DNA from: Macrostomum hystrix
Taxonomy: Eukaryota; Animalia; Platyhelminthes
Assembly (NCBI GenBank): GCA_950097015.1
Contig: CATNEN010000011.1
Coordinates: forward strand, 4,960,001 to 5,024,000
Direction of reading: 5' to 3'
DNA length: 64,000 nt
Part shown: positions 1-28,987 of the stretch, piece after piece
Layout of the letters: every line of letters begins with the position of its first letter
Position numbering within the stretch: the first letter of the stretch is position 1
Notes under the pieces: model-generated
Databases searched by the model: none
What the model saw: the letters and a program-made list of their open reading frames with translations, nothing else
What the model was told of the DNA's origin: nothing
Made by a program: the position numbers and the translations under genes

Positions 1-64
1 CCGCAGAATCGAGCTCAGGAACCTTGGTGCTCTGTCACTCACCCCCAAAGAGGAATACCAAAGA

Positions 65-1012
65 GGAAACCCATCAGCTACTTTGGAAACCTATCAGCTA
101 CTTTGGAAACCTATCAGCTACTTTGGAAACCCATCAGTTACTTTGGAAACCCATTAGTTACTTTGGAAACCTATCAGCTACTTTGGAAACCTATCAGCTA
201 CTTTGGAAACCCATCAGCTACTTTGGAAACCCATCAGCTACTTTGGAAACCTATCAGCTACTTTGGAAACCTATCAGCTACTTTGGAAACCTATCAGCTA
301 CTTTGGAAACCCATCAGTTACTTTGGAAACCCATTAGTTACTTTGGAAACCTATCAGCTACTTTGGAAACCTATCAGCTACTTTGGAAACCCATCAGCTA
401 CTTTGGAAACCCATCAGCTACTTTGGAAACCCATCAGCTACTTTGGAAACCCATCAGTTACTTTGGAAACTCATTAGTTACTTTGGAAACCTATCAGCTA
501 CTTTGGAAACCTATCAGCTACTTTGGAAACCCATCAGCTACTTCGGAAACCCATCAGCTACTTCGGAAACCCATCGGCTACTTTGGAAACCCATCAGCTA
601 ATTTGGAAACCTATCAGCTACTTTGGAAACCTATCAGCTACTTTGGAAACCTATCAGCTACTTTGGAAACCTATCAGCTACTTTGGAAACCCATCAGTTA
701 CTTTGGAAACCCATTAGTTACTTTGGAAACCTATCAGCTACTTTGGAAACCTATCAGCTACTTTGGAAACCCATCAGCTACTTTGGAAACCCATCAGCTA
801 CTTTGGAAACCCATCAGCTACTTTGGAAACCCATCAGCTACTTTGGAAACCCATCAGTTACTTTGGAAACTCATTAGTTACTTTGGAAACCTATCAGCTA
901 CTTTGGAAACCTATCAGCTACTTTGGAAACCCATCAGCTACTTTGGAAACCCATCAGCTACTTTGGAAACCCATCAGCTACTTTGGAAACCCATCAGCTA
1001 CTTTGGAAACCT
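65..1012. repeat. 20-bp minisatellite (CTTTGGAAACCYATCAGYTA), ~47 copies
   Basis: Period 20 read directly; the overlapping ORFs are artefacts of the periodicity. Confidence 0.95.
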
Positions 1013-1454
1013 ATTATCATGGAAGTCTATCATGCCCAATTTGGTAATTGCATACAGTTTGTGTTTTAAGAGTATAACCTAGTCAAATTATTTCAGCCTT
1101 TGCTTGCAACGTTTTTCAGAATATTGTATTTCCGTATTTCGGCACAATTTATTTCGTTTCAGTAATAAAACTTTATGCTGGATGTGTTTTAGTGACACAA
1201 TTAGGCAAGGATTTCATTACTTTTGTTGGTCCATGGCAATTAGATTAACCCAATTACCAATGGCAGAGATTGGGTATTTACCTATGATCGAAATGTTCGG
1301 TACAAAAACTATGACAAATCAACTAAGCTTTTTACAACGTTCAGTTACTATGAAATCTGAAACATAGCTCTGAGCGAAAGGCATAATGAATTGGTTGACT
1401 CAGAAAGTGCGAAAGTACAACTGTTTCTAAGCAAATTTTATAAAATCTTTTTCC

Positions 1455-2430
1455 GATTCTAAGAAAGCATTATGGGACATTATTCTGAATTCTAATAAAT
1501 CACTATGGGATGTCATTCCCGATTCTAAAAAATCACGATGGGATATCATTCCTGATTCTAAGAAATCAGTATGGGATATCATTCCCGATTCTAAGAAATC
1601 ACGATAGGATGTCATTCCGAATTCTAATAAAGAATGATGAGATGTCATTCCGAATTCTAATAAAGAATGATGGGATATCATTCCGAATTCTAATAAAGAA
1701 TGATGGGATATCATTCCCGATTCTAAGAAAGCATTATGGGACATTATTCTGAATTCTAATAAATCACTATGGGATGTCATTCCTGATTCTAAGAAATCAC
1801 TATGGGATGTCATTCCTGATTCTAAGAAATCACTATGGGATGTCATTCCTGATTCTAAGAAATCACTATGGGATATCATTCCCGATTCTAAGAAAGCACG
1901 ATGGGATATCATGCCTAATTCTAAGAAAGAATGATGGGATATCATTCCTGATTCTAATAAATCACGATGGGATATCATTCTCGATTCTAAGAAAGCACGA
2001 TGGGATATCATTTCTAATTCTAAGAAAGAATGATGGGATATCATTCTTGATTCTAAGAAATCACGATGGGATATCATTCCTAATTCTAAGAAGTCACGAT
2101 GGGATATCATTCCTGATTCTAAGAAATCACTATGGGATGTCATTCCCGATTCTAAAAAATCACGATAGGATTTCATTACCGATTCTAAGAAATAAAAATA
2201 GGATTTCATTCCCGATTCTAAGAAATCACGATAGGATATCATTCCGAATTCTAAGAAAGAATGATGGGATATCATTCCCGATTTTAAGAAAGAATGATGG
2301 GATGTCATTGTTAATTCTAAGAAATCACGATCGAATTTCATTTCCGATTCTAAGAAATCACGATAGGATACCATTCTTGATTCTAAAAAAGCATGGAGAG
2401 ATCTCATTCGCGATTCTAAGAAAATCAGAT
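1455..2430. repeat. 33-bp diverged minisatellite (TTCTAAGAAATCACGATGGGATATCATTCCCGA)
   Basis: Period 33 with many point variants; gives 11-aa periodic ORFs. Confidence 0.9.
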
Positions 2431-2475
2431 GACATCTCATTTTAGATTATTTTAACGCGTAGTGAGATCTCTTAC

Positions 2476-2594
2476 CTCGAAAAATGAGATTTTCAAGGAG
2501 ATTACAACGAAGGGCGGCGCCGACGTCAAAGTTCGAAGAATTCTTAAGACTGCTTTGGCTCCAGCAAAAGGGCTTTTTGTCAACGCAAAAGAGG
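2476..2594 (-). other. Candidate internal exon of an unidentified minus-strand gene
   Basis: On the minus strand: CTAAC branch-like motif, TGCAG acceptor, GAG|GTAAGA donor. Two frames open over 119 nt. No homolog recognised. Confidence 0.35.
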
Positions 2595-2771
2595 CTGCAG
2601 TTAGAGACAAAATAGGGTCGTAAAAAATTGCTTGAAAGCTTGCACTGTTTTGAAGCTTCGAGCTATGGTGCAAGCCTCTGCGGCCAAAGCATGTTTTTTT
2701 CTTTCCGAAAGTTTAAGGGCTTGTAAAATTTAAAGTGTTTTTACTTTTGAATTCAATCCAGTCTTCACCAC

Positions 2772-3010
2772 TCTCCCTCTAGTCTCTACCTCTCTCCCCC
2801 TCTAGTCTCTACCTCTCTCCTCTAGTCTCTACCTCTCTCCTCTAGTCTCTACCTCTCTCCTCTAGTCTCTACCTCTCTCCTCTAGTCTCTACCTCTCTCC
2901 TCTAGTCTCTACCTCTCTCCTCTAGTCTCTACCTCTCTCCTCTAGTCTCTACCTCTCTCCTCTAGTCTCTACCTCTCTCCCCCTCTAGTCTCTACCTCTC
3001 TCCTCTAGTC
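2772..3010. repeat. 20-bp pyrimidine-rich minisatellite (TCTAGTCTCTACCTCTCTCC)
   Basis: Near-perfect tandem copies. Confidence 0.95.
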
Positions 3011-3039
3011 TCTAGTCTAGTTAGGGTAGATAGGGGTAG

Positions 3040-3812
3040 TATCTACCCTAATTTCTCCAGTATCTACCCCTATTTCTATAGTATCTACCCCTATTTCTAT
3101 AGTATCTACCCCTATTTCTATAGTATCTACCCCTATTTTTATAGTATCTACCGCTATTTCTATAGTATCTACCCCTATTTCTATAGTATCTACCGCTATT
3201 TCTATAGTATCTACCCCTATTTCTATAGTATCTACCGCTATTTCTATAGTATCTACCCCTATTTCTATAGTATCTACCCATATTTCTATAGTATCTACCC
3301 CTATTTCTATAGTATCTACCCCTATTTCTATAGTATCTACCCCTATTTCTATAGTATCTACCCCTATTTCTATAGTATCTACCCCTATTTCTATAGTATC
3401 TACCGCTATTTCTATAGTATCTACCCCTATTTCTATAGTATCTACCCCTATTTCTATAGTATCTACCCCTATTTCTATAGTATCTACCCCTATTACTATA
3501 GTATTTACCGCTATTTCTATAGTATCTACCCCTATTTCTATAGTATCTACCGCTATTTCTATAGTATCTACCCCTATTTCTATAGTATCTACCCCTATTA
3601 CTATAGTATTTACCGCTATTTCTATAGTATCTACCCCTATTTCTATAGTATCTACCCCTATTTCTATAGTATCTACCCCTATTTCTATAGTATCTACCGC
3701 TATTTCTATAGTATCTACCGCTATTTCTATAGTATCTACCCCTATTTCTATAGTATCTACCCCTATTTCTATTTCTACCCGTATTTCTATTTCTGTAGTA
3801 TCTACCGCTATT
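3040..3812. repeat. 21-bp minisatellite (TATCTACCCCTATTTCTATAG)
   Basis: Period 21, ~36 copies. Confidence 0.95.
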
Positions 3813-4715
3813 TATCCAGTATCTTTGTCAATAAATTATAATATAGAGCAAGGGCTGCACCTAATTTTGAACAGCCATCAAATATTGAAATTTCTTCACG
3901 AAATTCTGACCTCAGCTTATCTGAATTTTTGTCGGCCTATTCAGATTTTGCCTCTATTTTTCCTCTTTACTTTTTCCCCAAATTTCGTCCAGACCATGTG
4001 TGTCCACAGCCACCCCCGAATCCTACACCCCCCAATAAGTCCTGCCAGCTGCGCAGCCATTGGCTAGACTCGCTTCTGAACAGCGAACAGCTAGTCACTA
4101 TATAGTAGTGACTAGGGGATAAAGTCACGCTGTGACTAGGCCAGGCCTCGATCTGAAAATTTGTACCCTCGTGCGCTTCTGAGGTGGGTGTAGCAGAATG
4201 GTGGGCGTATAGCTCGTTGGGTTTAGCAGCGCATTGGCCAGCGAGTTCAGTAAGCCAGCCTTCCTCCGACGCCCCCCGAGCTCCCCAGCACGAAAATATC
4301 CCAAAACACAGGGGCTAGTAACCGAAATAAGCTAACGACAAGAAGCGTCAAGGACTTGGCGAGACATTGTTGCCTTGAGCTGGGTCAAAATAAAACTGCT
4401 CCACATGACTGAACCCAACTCACTGGCGATTCCCAAAAATAGCAGACAAGCAACTCAGCGCCGTGCGACACGAGAGCAGATCATACTAGCTGCTGACTGG
4501 GAATAAGAACAACTGTTCTAACAGTTTCGCCGGCTGTCAATTTTGATTGCATTTTTCTCTCCTTGGATTCTATCGCCGACCGATCCTAGAAGATAATTTC
4601 AAAGATAATTATTATTCGATTCATAACAAAGGTGAGAATAGGTTTGCTTTGAGTTCCTTTGCTCATCTTTTTTGTAAGTTGTGAGACTGAGTAGCACCAA
4701 GTTTGATAATGATTA

Positions 4716-5065
4716 GAGAGAGACAGAGAGATAGTGAGACAGAGAGACAGAGACAGAGAGACAGAAAGACAGAGGCAGAGAGACAGAGAGACAGAGAGAC
4801 AGAGACAGAGAGACAGAGACAGAGAGACAGAGAGACAGAGACAGAGAGACAGAGAGACAGAGAGACAGAGACAGAGAGACAGAGAGACAGAGAGACAGAG
4901 ACAGAGAGACAGAAAGACAGAGGCAGAGAGACAGAGAGACAGAGACAGAGAGACAGAGAGACAGAGACAGAGAGACAGAAAGACAGAGGCAGAGAGACAG
5001 AGAGACAGAAAGACAGAGGCAGAGAGACAGAGAGACAGAGACAGAGAGACAGAGAGACAGAGACA
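4716..5065. repeat. GA/GACA compound microsatellite
   Basis: (GAGACAGA)-type runs. Confidence 0.95.
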
Positions 5066-5075
5066 GGATATTATA

Positions 5076-5234
5076 GTCTAACAGGTGGGAGACCCTATCT
5101 AACACACACAGAACAGCTTGTCTAACAGGTGGGAGACCCTATCTAACACACACAGAACAGCTTGTCTAACAGGTGGGAGACCCGATCTAACACACACAGA
5201 ACAGCTTGTCTAACAGGTGGGAGCCCCGATCTAA
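5076..5234. repeat. 44-bp tandem repeat, ~3.6 copies
   Basis: GTCTAACAGGTGGGAGACCCTATCTAACACACACAGAACAGCTT recurs at 5076, 5120, 5164 and 5208. Confidence 0.9.
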
Positions 5235-5764
5235 GACATGAATTTGACACGAATTTCAAATAAATATTACAAAATCGACTTGAATACAATATAGCTTCTA
5301 GTAGAAGTCTTTAAAGTGCCCGCTTTCATTTGTGCCTCGGGCTGTCGTATCAGCGCACACGATTGCTCTGATAATTTTTGAGGAAGGGGAGAGACGGGGA
5401 AAGATCCCCATAGCAACGGGTTGGGACTTTGTGGGATTTCGCAGATTCGGTCCCTATAGCTGGCAGGAATTGTGCAAAAACGGGGATTTCCCTCAATCCA
5501 AGACTGGGACAGAAATCAGATTAGACTGTTTGAGGGTTCCAACTCGGGTAGGGGAGGTCGTGGACTCGTATCAAAGAGTGAGCACGCTGGTAACCACTTT
5601 GGTCTTATTAGTTAGAGAGGCCGCTGCTGAAATGCCGTTTTAGCCATCTTTTCCTTTGGGTTTGAGACTGCTCCAGTCAACGAAGTCCTTGCCCGCTACG
5701 GACAAGTAGCTAGTCTGCCTTTCAATCTATTTAGCCATTACATAGTAGACGTTCTTGAATATAT

Positions 5765-6160
5765 CTCACTTAATCTTCAAAATATCATAATATATCTCAC
5801 TTAATCCTCATAATCTCATTGTCTATCTCACTTAATCCGCATAATCTCACTGTCTATCTCACCTAATCCTCATAATCTCACTCTCAATCTCACCTAGTCC
5901 TCATAATCTCACTCTCTATCTCACTCAATCGTCATAATCTAACTGTTTGTCCCCCCTAATCCCCATAATCTCACTCTCAATCTCACCTAGTCCTCATAAT
6001 CTCACTCTCTATCTCACTTAATCCTCGTTATCTCACAGTCCAACTCATCTAATCCATCTTATCGCAATGTCTCCTATCTACTTCTTATAATCTCATTGTC
6101 TTTCTCACATATTTCAAGAAATCTCACTTCGCTAAAATCTCACTGTCAATCTCACTTATT
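5765..6160. repeat. Degenerate ~31-bp repeat (ATCTCACTTAATCCTCATA core)
   Basis: Recurring ATCTCAC/AATCCTCATAATCTC motifs. Confidence 0.7.
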
Positions 6161-6469
6161 ACCAATTCTTACAATATTATTGGCTGTTGATTGCTGCCGA
6201 CTTCAAAGCCAGAGATAATTGAAAGAAACACGAATTTGATAGTAGTATGCAATAACAAATATGAAAATGATTTTAGCTGAATGCATCCTAAGCGAAACAT
6301 GATCAAAGGACTTAAATATCGACTAGCGAAACAAGATTATTCTCAGTAACTAAATAATAATTTTTTTAATTCGAAATCGAATTAGAAAGAAGTGGCAAAA
6401 ATTTAGACACTCAAGTACTCGAAATACAAAATATTCACTCCGAAACATACTCTTATCCAATGATCCCTT

Positions 6470-7235
6470 CACTATGAACCCTTCACTCTGAACCCTTCAA
6501 TCTGAACCCTTCTCTCTGAACCCTTCACTCTGAACCCTTCAATCTGAACCCTTCACACTGAACCCTTCACTCTGAACCCTTCACTCTGAACCCTTCACTC
6601 TGAACCCTTCTCTCTGAACCCTTCAATCTGAACCCTTCACTCTGAACCCTTCTCTCTGAACCCTTCACTCTGAACCCTTCAATCTGAACCCTTCACACTG
6701 AACCCTTCACTCTGAACCCTTCACTCTGAACCCTTCACTCTGAACCCTTCACTCTGAACCCTTCACTCTGAACCCTTCACTCTGAACCCTTCTCTCTGAA
6801 CCCTTCAATCTGAACCCTTCACACTGAACCCTTCACACTGAACCCTTCACTCTGAACCCTTCTCTCTGAACCCTTCAATCTGAACCCTTCTCTCTGAAAC
6901 CTTCTCTCTGAACCCTTCACTCTGAACCCTTCACTCTGAACCCTTCACTCTGAACCCTTCTCTCTGAACCCTTCACTCTGAACCCTTCTCTCTGAACCCT
7001 TTACTCTGAACCCTTCACTCTGAACCCTTCACTCTGAACCCTTCTCTCTGAACCCTTCACTCTGAACCATTCACTCTGAACCCTTCACTCTGAACCCTTC
7101 ACTCTGAATCCTTCACTCTGAATCCTTCACTCTGAACCCTTCACTCTGAACCATTCACTCTGAACCCTTCACTCTGAACCCTTTACACTGAACCCTTCAA
7201 TCTGAACCCTTCACTATGAATCCTTCAATCTGAAC
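6470..7235. repeat. 14-bp minisatellite (CTGAACCCTTCACT)
   Basis: Period 14, >50 copies. Confidence 0.95.
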
Positions 7236-7759
7236 CCTCCGTATCCTGACCTCCTTAGTCCATAAATATTCTCTATGAAAGCCAGAATGTCTAGTTAGTG
7301 AGGAATGTAAATACATTAGTCCCAGTGCAGCTGCAGTCAGTGCGTCATCGGGTTTTTGTTTAAATTCGAAATCAAATTCGGGCAACACGGCATCTCCATT
7401 TATAACTTGGCCGGGATTGCGGGCTGAATGGCAAGGAGAGACAGTGAAACTGTGTGGTTGGACGCATTGGCGGCGGTGGCGGCGGCGGCAGTACACTCGA
7501 TAGCCCATCAGATAATCTTCATTGTATCTGGGCAGTGCAAGTTGTACTTAAATAGATGAACAGATTCGAACAGTTTAGGAAGTGTCTGGCTTTGCAGAGG
7601 TCAACGACTTCTTCAGGGCATTATTTTTGGCAATTTGCACTTTTCCTAGTTTTCCTTTAACAATATTTCTCTGTATAGGAAAAGGGTGAAAGGGGAGAAG
7701 GGACAGATTGTGGTATGAGGAGAGGGAAGAAGGGAGGGAGGGGAGAAGAGAAAAAGTGG

Positions 7760-8000
7760 AGAAGGGTAAGATAGGAGAAGGGTGAGATAGGAGAAGGGTG
7801 TGATAGGAGAAGGGTGAGATAGGAGAAGGGTGAGATAGGAGAAGGGTGAGATAGGAGAAGGGTGAGATAGGAGAAGGGTGAGATAGGAGAAGGGTGAGAT
7901 AGGAGAAGGGTGAGATAGGAGAAGGGTAAGATAGGAGAAGGGTGAGATAGGAGAATGGTGAGATAGGAGAAGGGTGAGATAGGAGAAAGGTGAGATAGGA
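7760..8000. repeat. 16-bp purine-rich minisatellite (GAGATAGGAGAAGGGT)
   Basis: Direct reading. Confidence 0.9.
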
Positions 8001-8439
8001 GGGAAGGGAGAGAGGGGAGAGGGGAGGGAGGGGAGAAGGGAGGGAGGGGAGAAGACAGTGAGGAGAAGAGAGAGGGAGAGAATAAAGGATAGAGGGAGAG
8101 TGAATTCAGTTTTCCACTAATTTTAGAACAGCTTTTAAAGGAAAAAAAACGTAATTCGAATATTACTTCCGAATATAAAATGACGATAAAAGATAGTTCA
8201 GTCTTCAAGCATGACTTGACAGGAATGAATTGAGCTCAAACCCTAACTTAAAATGCAACACTATTGAGTCACCACAGTGCTTTCGATTCGAGGTCGGGGC
8301 AGGGAGAAGACAGATTTTCCCTCCAAAAAATCCCAGAATTCTCCATGATAATTTCCTACTTTCTCTTCCCCTTTTACGAGTAGCTGCCTGTCACACTGGC
8401 TAGCTGATGTCACCTGATGTCTGATGTCACCCTGTCTAC

Positions 8440-8560
8440 CATAAATCTCACCCTATCTACAATTAATCTCACCCTATCTACAATTAATCTCACCCTATCT
8501 ACAATTAATCTCACCCAATCTACAATTAATCTCACCCTATCTACTCTAACCTTCGCCTAT
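8440..8560. repeat. 21-bp short array (AATTAATCTCACCCTATCTAC)
   Basis: About 5 copies. Confidence 0.8.
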
Positions 8561-8844
8561 GTACCCTAAATTTCACCCTTTGTCACGTGTCAAGTTAATC
8601 TCTAAAATCCCATAACCAACTGCTATTATTTCTAACATTTTTCACAATCCAGTTGTGCAACCTTCTCTGTCATGACCAACGAAAGCTGTGCTTAATATAG
8701 ACTCAAGATAAACTGACCACCAACCAACTTCATGTTGCTCAGAGGGTTGGCCAACCCAGGCAAAGCATTTGTACTTCTCACTATGAAATAATACTCAAGT
8801 CACACTGTCCCGGCTGTGCTGTGTAGCATTTTGTCACTCCCTGT

Positions 8845-9505
8845 CACCCTCTGTCTCTCTGTCTCTCTGTCTCTCTGTCTCTCTGTCTCTCTGTCTCTCT
8901 ATCTCTCTATCTCTCTGTCTCTCTATCTCTCTGTCTCTCTGTCTGTCTATCTCTCTGTCTCTCTGTCTCTCTGTCTCTCTGTCTCTCTGTCTCTCTATCT
9001 CTCTGTCTCTCTGTCTCTCTGTCTCTCTGTCTCTCTGTCTCTCTGTCTCTCTGTCTCTCTGTCTCTCTGTCTCTCTGTCTCTCTGTCTCTCTGTCTCTCT
9101 GTCTCTCTGTCTCTGTCTCTCTGTCTCTCTGTCTCTCTGTCTCTGTCTCTCTGTCTCTCTGTCTCTCTGTCTCTGTCTCTGTCTCTCTGTCTCTCTGTCT
9201 CTCTGTCTCTCTGTCTCTCTGTCTCTCTGTCTCTCTGTCTCTCTGTCTCTCTGTCTCTCTGTCTCTCTGTCTCTGTCTCTCTGTCTCTCTGTCTCTCTGT
9301 CTCTCTATCTCTCTGTCTCTCTGTCTCTCTGTCTCTCTGTCTCTCTGTCTCTCTGTCTCTCTGTCTCTCTGTCTCTCTGTCTGTCCCATAGATTCTTCTT
9401 AAGAATAAAAGACAACAGAGTCTGGGTGAGACTGAGAGACTGGGTGAGACTGAGAGACTGGGTGAGACTGAGAGACTGGGTGAGACTGAGAGACTGGGTG
9501 AGACA
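8845..9505. repeat. (CTCTCTGT)n microsatellite, then an 18-bp array (CTGGGTGAGACTGAGAGA, 9420-9505)
   Basis: Direct reading. Confidence 0.95.
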
Positions 9506-9750
9506 GAGAGAGGCTGTGATAGAGAGGGTAAGAAAAATCAAGTGGAAGTGAACCTGAAGTAATTAAGAAGTAGAAAAATTAGAACTACATTACTTTGCTT
9601 TTAGATAAAAGTGAAAGTTTCTAAACTGTCTAGTTTTTTTCTGATTTCAGTCTGACAGCCAAGCATCGAGATGCAAGTCTATCAGGCCATCAAATAGAAG
9701 TGCAGAGCCAGCCGGTATGATCAAATCGCGGGCCTGAACGGAACAACTGA

Positions 9751-25391
<15,641 letters not shown>

Positions 25392-25844
25392 CTGTTTGAT
25401 TCCCTAAAATAGCTCGTAATTAAAATAGGGTAAAATGTGCATACTGTGCTACTGCGAGTAAAAAGTAGCAATAATGTAAGTTGCTGGCGTATTCAAAATT
25501 GCAATTCTTTTTTTGCATCGAATCATCTACATAGATTTCGTGTACAAGAGATTGCACAAACAAATGCAAATTAATTATTGTCCTTCTAGTACTTTTCAAT
25601 CATTGATATGCTGCGTTCACGTTTACAAAAACAGTGCTAAAGAGTTGGCTTGTGAATCGACAGAATTTTTTTAACGAAAACTGTTTAATGTAAGTCTAAT
25701 CCCAGATCCGGGTACAAGCTGACTATCGACTATCCTTGATTGAAGGATTCCATGAACAATGCGGATGCGCCATCTGATAATGGGAAATCAGTGATTTGAG
25801 GATTCAAACCAAAATCAGGGAAATCCCTGGTAGGATTCCCCAAA

Positions 25845-26270
25845 AATAAAAGGAAATCCCTTTTTGGATTCGCCAAAAAGGGAATCCCAAATTAGATCCC
25901 TGATTGGATTCGCCAAAAATAAAGGGAAATCCCTTTTTTGATTCGCCAAAAAGGGAATCCCAAATTAGATCCCTGATTGGATTCCCCAAAAAAGGGAAAT
26001 CGCTTTTTGGATTCGCCAAAAAGGGAATCCCAAATTAGATCCCTGATTGGATTCCCCAAAAAAGGGAAATCGCTTTTTGGATTCGCCAAAAAGGGAATCC
26101 CAAATTAGATCCCTGATTGGATTCGCCAAAAAAGGGAAAGCCCTTTTTGGATTCGCCAAAAAAATCCCAAATTAGATCCCTGATTGGATTCGCCAAAAAT
26201 AAAGGGAAATCCCTTTTTTGATTCGCCAAAAAGAGAATCCCAAATTAGATCCCTGATCGGGTTCCCCAAA
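25845..26270. repeat. ~70-bp tandem repeat built from two ~35-bp GATTCGCCAAAAAGGGAATCCC subunits
   Basis: Unit starts at 25867, 25940, 26010 and 26080. Confidence 0.85.
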
Positions 26271-28987
26271 AAAATCGAAATCCGTGATTACATAAACCAA
26301 CCAAAAAATCCCTACTTGACGGATTCATTTAAAAAAGCGAAAAATGCGATTGGAGGCTTGCTGAAAAAGGAAACCCACACTTATAGGATTCCCCTGATTT
26401 TCAACCGATTCACAAGCCCATAATTTGTCACAATTGTTCGATTTCCGAAATAAAGAAGTGCTTACTATCGTAATATTGCAAAATCTGTTAATTATTTAAT
26501 TATTAATTAATAGTTAATAATAGGTATGTATAATTAATATATTTATAAGTCATTGCTGGCAAGCATTTATAACCCACCTCTGCCTCGAGTGTGCAATATT
26601 TCAGTTTAATTTATAATTTATCATCAGTTTCATTTGGTTAAGATCTGAATAAACTTATTATCTGAAATTCTTTTCCTATATATACCAATAAACAACTGAA
26701 ATTATTGCTGACCTAATGTTGATAAAATATTGCTTTACGAAAAACTTTCAGTCTTATTGAATTGTTCATTTTAAGCAGTTTCAGACCGTTGAGGACAACT
26801 TGTCTTCATTGGTCGAATCGAATAAAAAAAAGAAACACGATTTAAAAAACTGTGTTTCGATTCCAAACTTCTAACATTGAGTTAATTCTGTTCCTGACAA
26901 TCGTCAGTGAGTTTACTGTACATCAGAATATAAAACAGTGCAGGTACGCGAAATAGCTTTATATCAAATAGAGATCTGCATTAATAAGAGAAGTTGAAGC
27001 ACACAAACACTTGCTAGGATGCTTATATAAAAAACACGAAATGTTGAATAAAAGAAAATGAAAATCAAAGTAAATTATAATATTTTATGTGCATGTAAGC
27101 GAATCGTTTCATATTGACAGTTGAGAGAGAATAGGCAAAAGTATGAACTAGACTAGACGGACATCTAGAGTTCATGATTTTGTTGCTAGTTTATAATTAA
27201 ATAACATAATAAAACGATAAAAAAAGATAACTAATAAGGTAAATATATTAATAAAAATGTTGCTCCTAAAAATTTCTAAGAATAGCAGCAACGCGACATT
27301 TAATTGGCTCAAATTTGGTCACGTGCTTTAATTTATGAGTGGCTTGCTTATAAAGGGGTTTCCCGTGGAGCCGTTCTAAAAATAGCAACAAATTAAATGT
27401 TACTAAGTCACGCGATACAGTTTGATGTGTTAATAAGGTGATTCCCCAATTTATTTTCTAAGAATAGCAACAGCTTGAAATTTCATTTGCTAACCTTGAG
27501 GGCGCCTTATACAAGGGTTTCCAGTGAAGATACGTCTGTTTAAAAAGCCTCAGAAAATTCTCATCAAACAAAAAACCTGCCGTTACTACTCATAGTAAAA
27601 TTATTTCAGAATAAACAATAATAACAAAGACGGTAAAATTTAACACTAAGGTATGTAAAGTGTTCCTTTGTTTAACAACAATCTTACACTCTAAAATTTA
27701 TTCAAAGATCGTTAAAATCTGACTTGAATTTTAAAAGGCAGAACTTTTGTTTAATTAATGATATTGACTAACACTGCAAGATAAAAAATGTAGTACCACC
27801 TGAATAGCTAGATAAATTTCTAAACACAAAAATATTTAATATATAAATATGTATGCGTGTGTATGTGTGCAGAAAAGGCAGTTTAACCAATAGCCACACC
27901 AAACTAAACTCACAAATAATTACTGATATGCGGTTTTAAGACGCCGACAAGTACAATTTATTAGCACGCAGATAAACAAATAACTAATAAAATACTTGTA
28001 CTTAAGAAAAAACATTACACAAATAGATTATCACATAATGCGTCGGTGCTGCAATGAGGAAACATGCACAAAGAGAAGAAAAAAGTGAACTTTTGCATAA
28101 CAAGAATTCAATAACAATTTAAACTTAATTCTGGCTTATTCATTTTCAAGTTTGAGAATTTAGCAGCCAACTGTCTGTCAAGAAAAATAAAGATAAGCAA
28201 GAAACAAATCACTTTGAAAAGAAGCGAGCTACCATTTTGAGTTAAACAAAAAATTCATCTATTTCACGGTTATGAAATAGGCCGCATGCTGCTGCTTAGT
28301 TTTGGTTCTTGTTTTATCGACGCTTTCTTATTATCGAAACGAAACGCATTAAACAAAATCAATTAACGCATTTTACTACTAAGCAAACGTTTCTAAAAAA
28401 CACGATCTGATTTACTGACTAGAAAGCTGCCAAACGGTTGCTATGGGACAAATTAGTCATTTTTCAGATAGATCGGTAGTTACCTATTTTAATAATTCAA
28501 CCTGCAATTTTATGAAATTCACGAATCTAACCTTTTAGGGATCGCTTGTAGGAAATTTGGAGATAGATTTCTAAGAAATCCCATAGAGAACTGTTTGTTT
28601 CTAGGAAATTTTGAGATCAAGGTATTTATTTATGTGAATTTTTGTAGTAAAAAATATTTCTGTAATCATTTTTTTTCATTTGAGGATTGCGTTGTACAGA
28701 ATTTAGAGATTAAATTCTATGAAATTCTGGCATAGATTTCTAGGAACTAACGGGACAGATTCTAGGAAATTTCGAAACTTACGTATTAAAATCTATGAAT
28801 AGAATCTATTTTTTAAGAAATTCTAGCATAACTAAAATCGGGTGCTTTTGTAAACTTTTTCGTTTTAAGGGATTTTATTCTAGAAAGAAGCAGATTTTTT
28901 TAGTTTCTTTGGGATCCGATCTGTGGCAGACAATATAATTATCTTTCTTAGAAATATAGGCACTTCAGCAGGCTCGCCCCCAAGTGG

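Noticed and set aside
24-2445. Long ORFs (352, 337, 223 aa)
   Set aside because: Translations of 20- and 33-bp tandem arrays; periodic and open in several frames.
5332-5643. 103-aa non-repetitive ORF
   Set aside because: GTG start, no recognisable motif or clear splice sites; may still be an exon but is unsupported.
7197-7540. 103-aa minus-strand ORF with upstream CAG acceptor
   Set aside because: Runs into the 14-bp array, weak donor, no recognisable homology.
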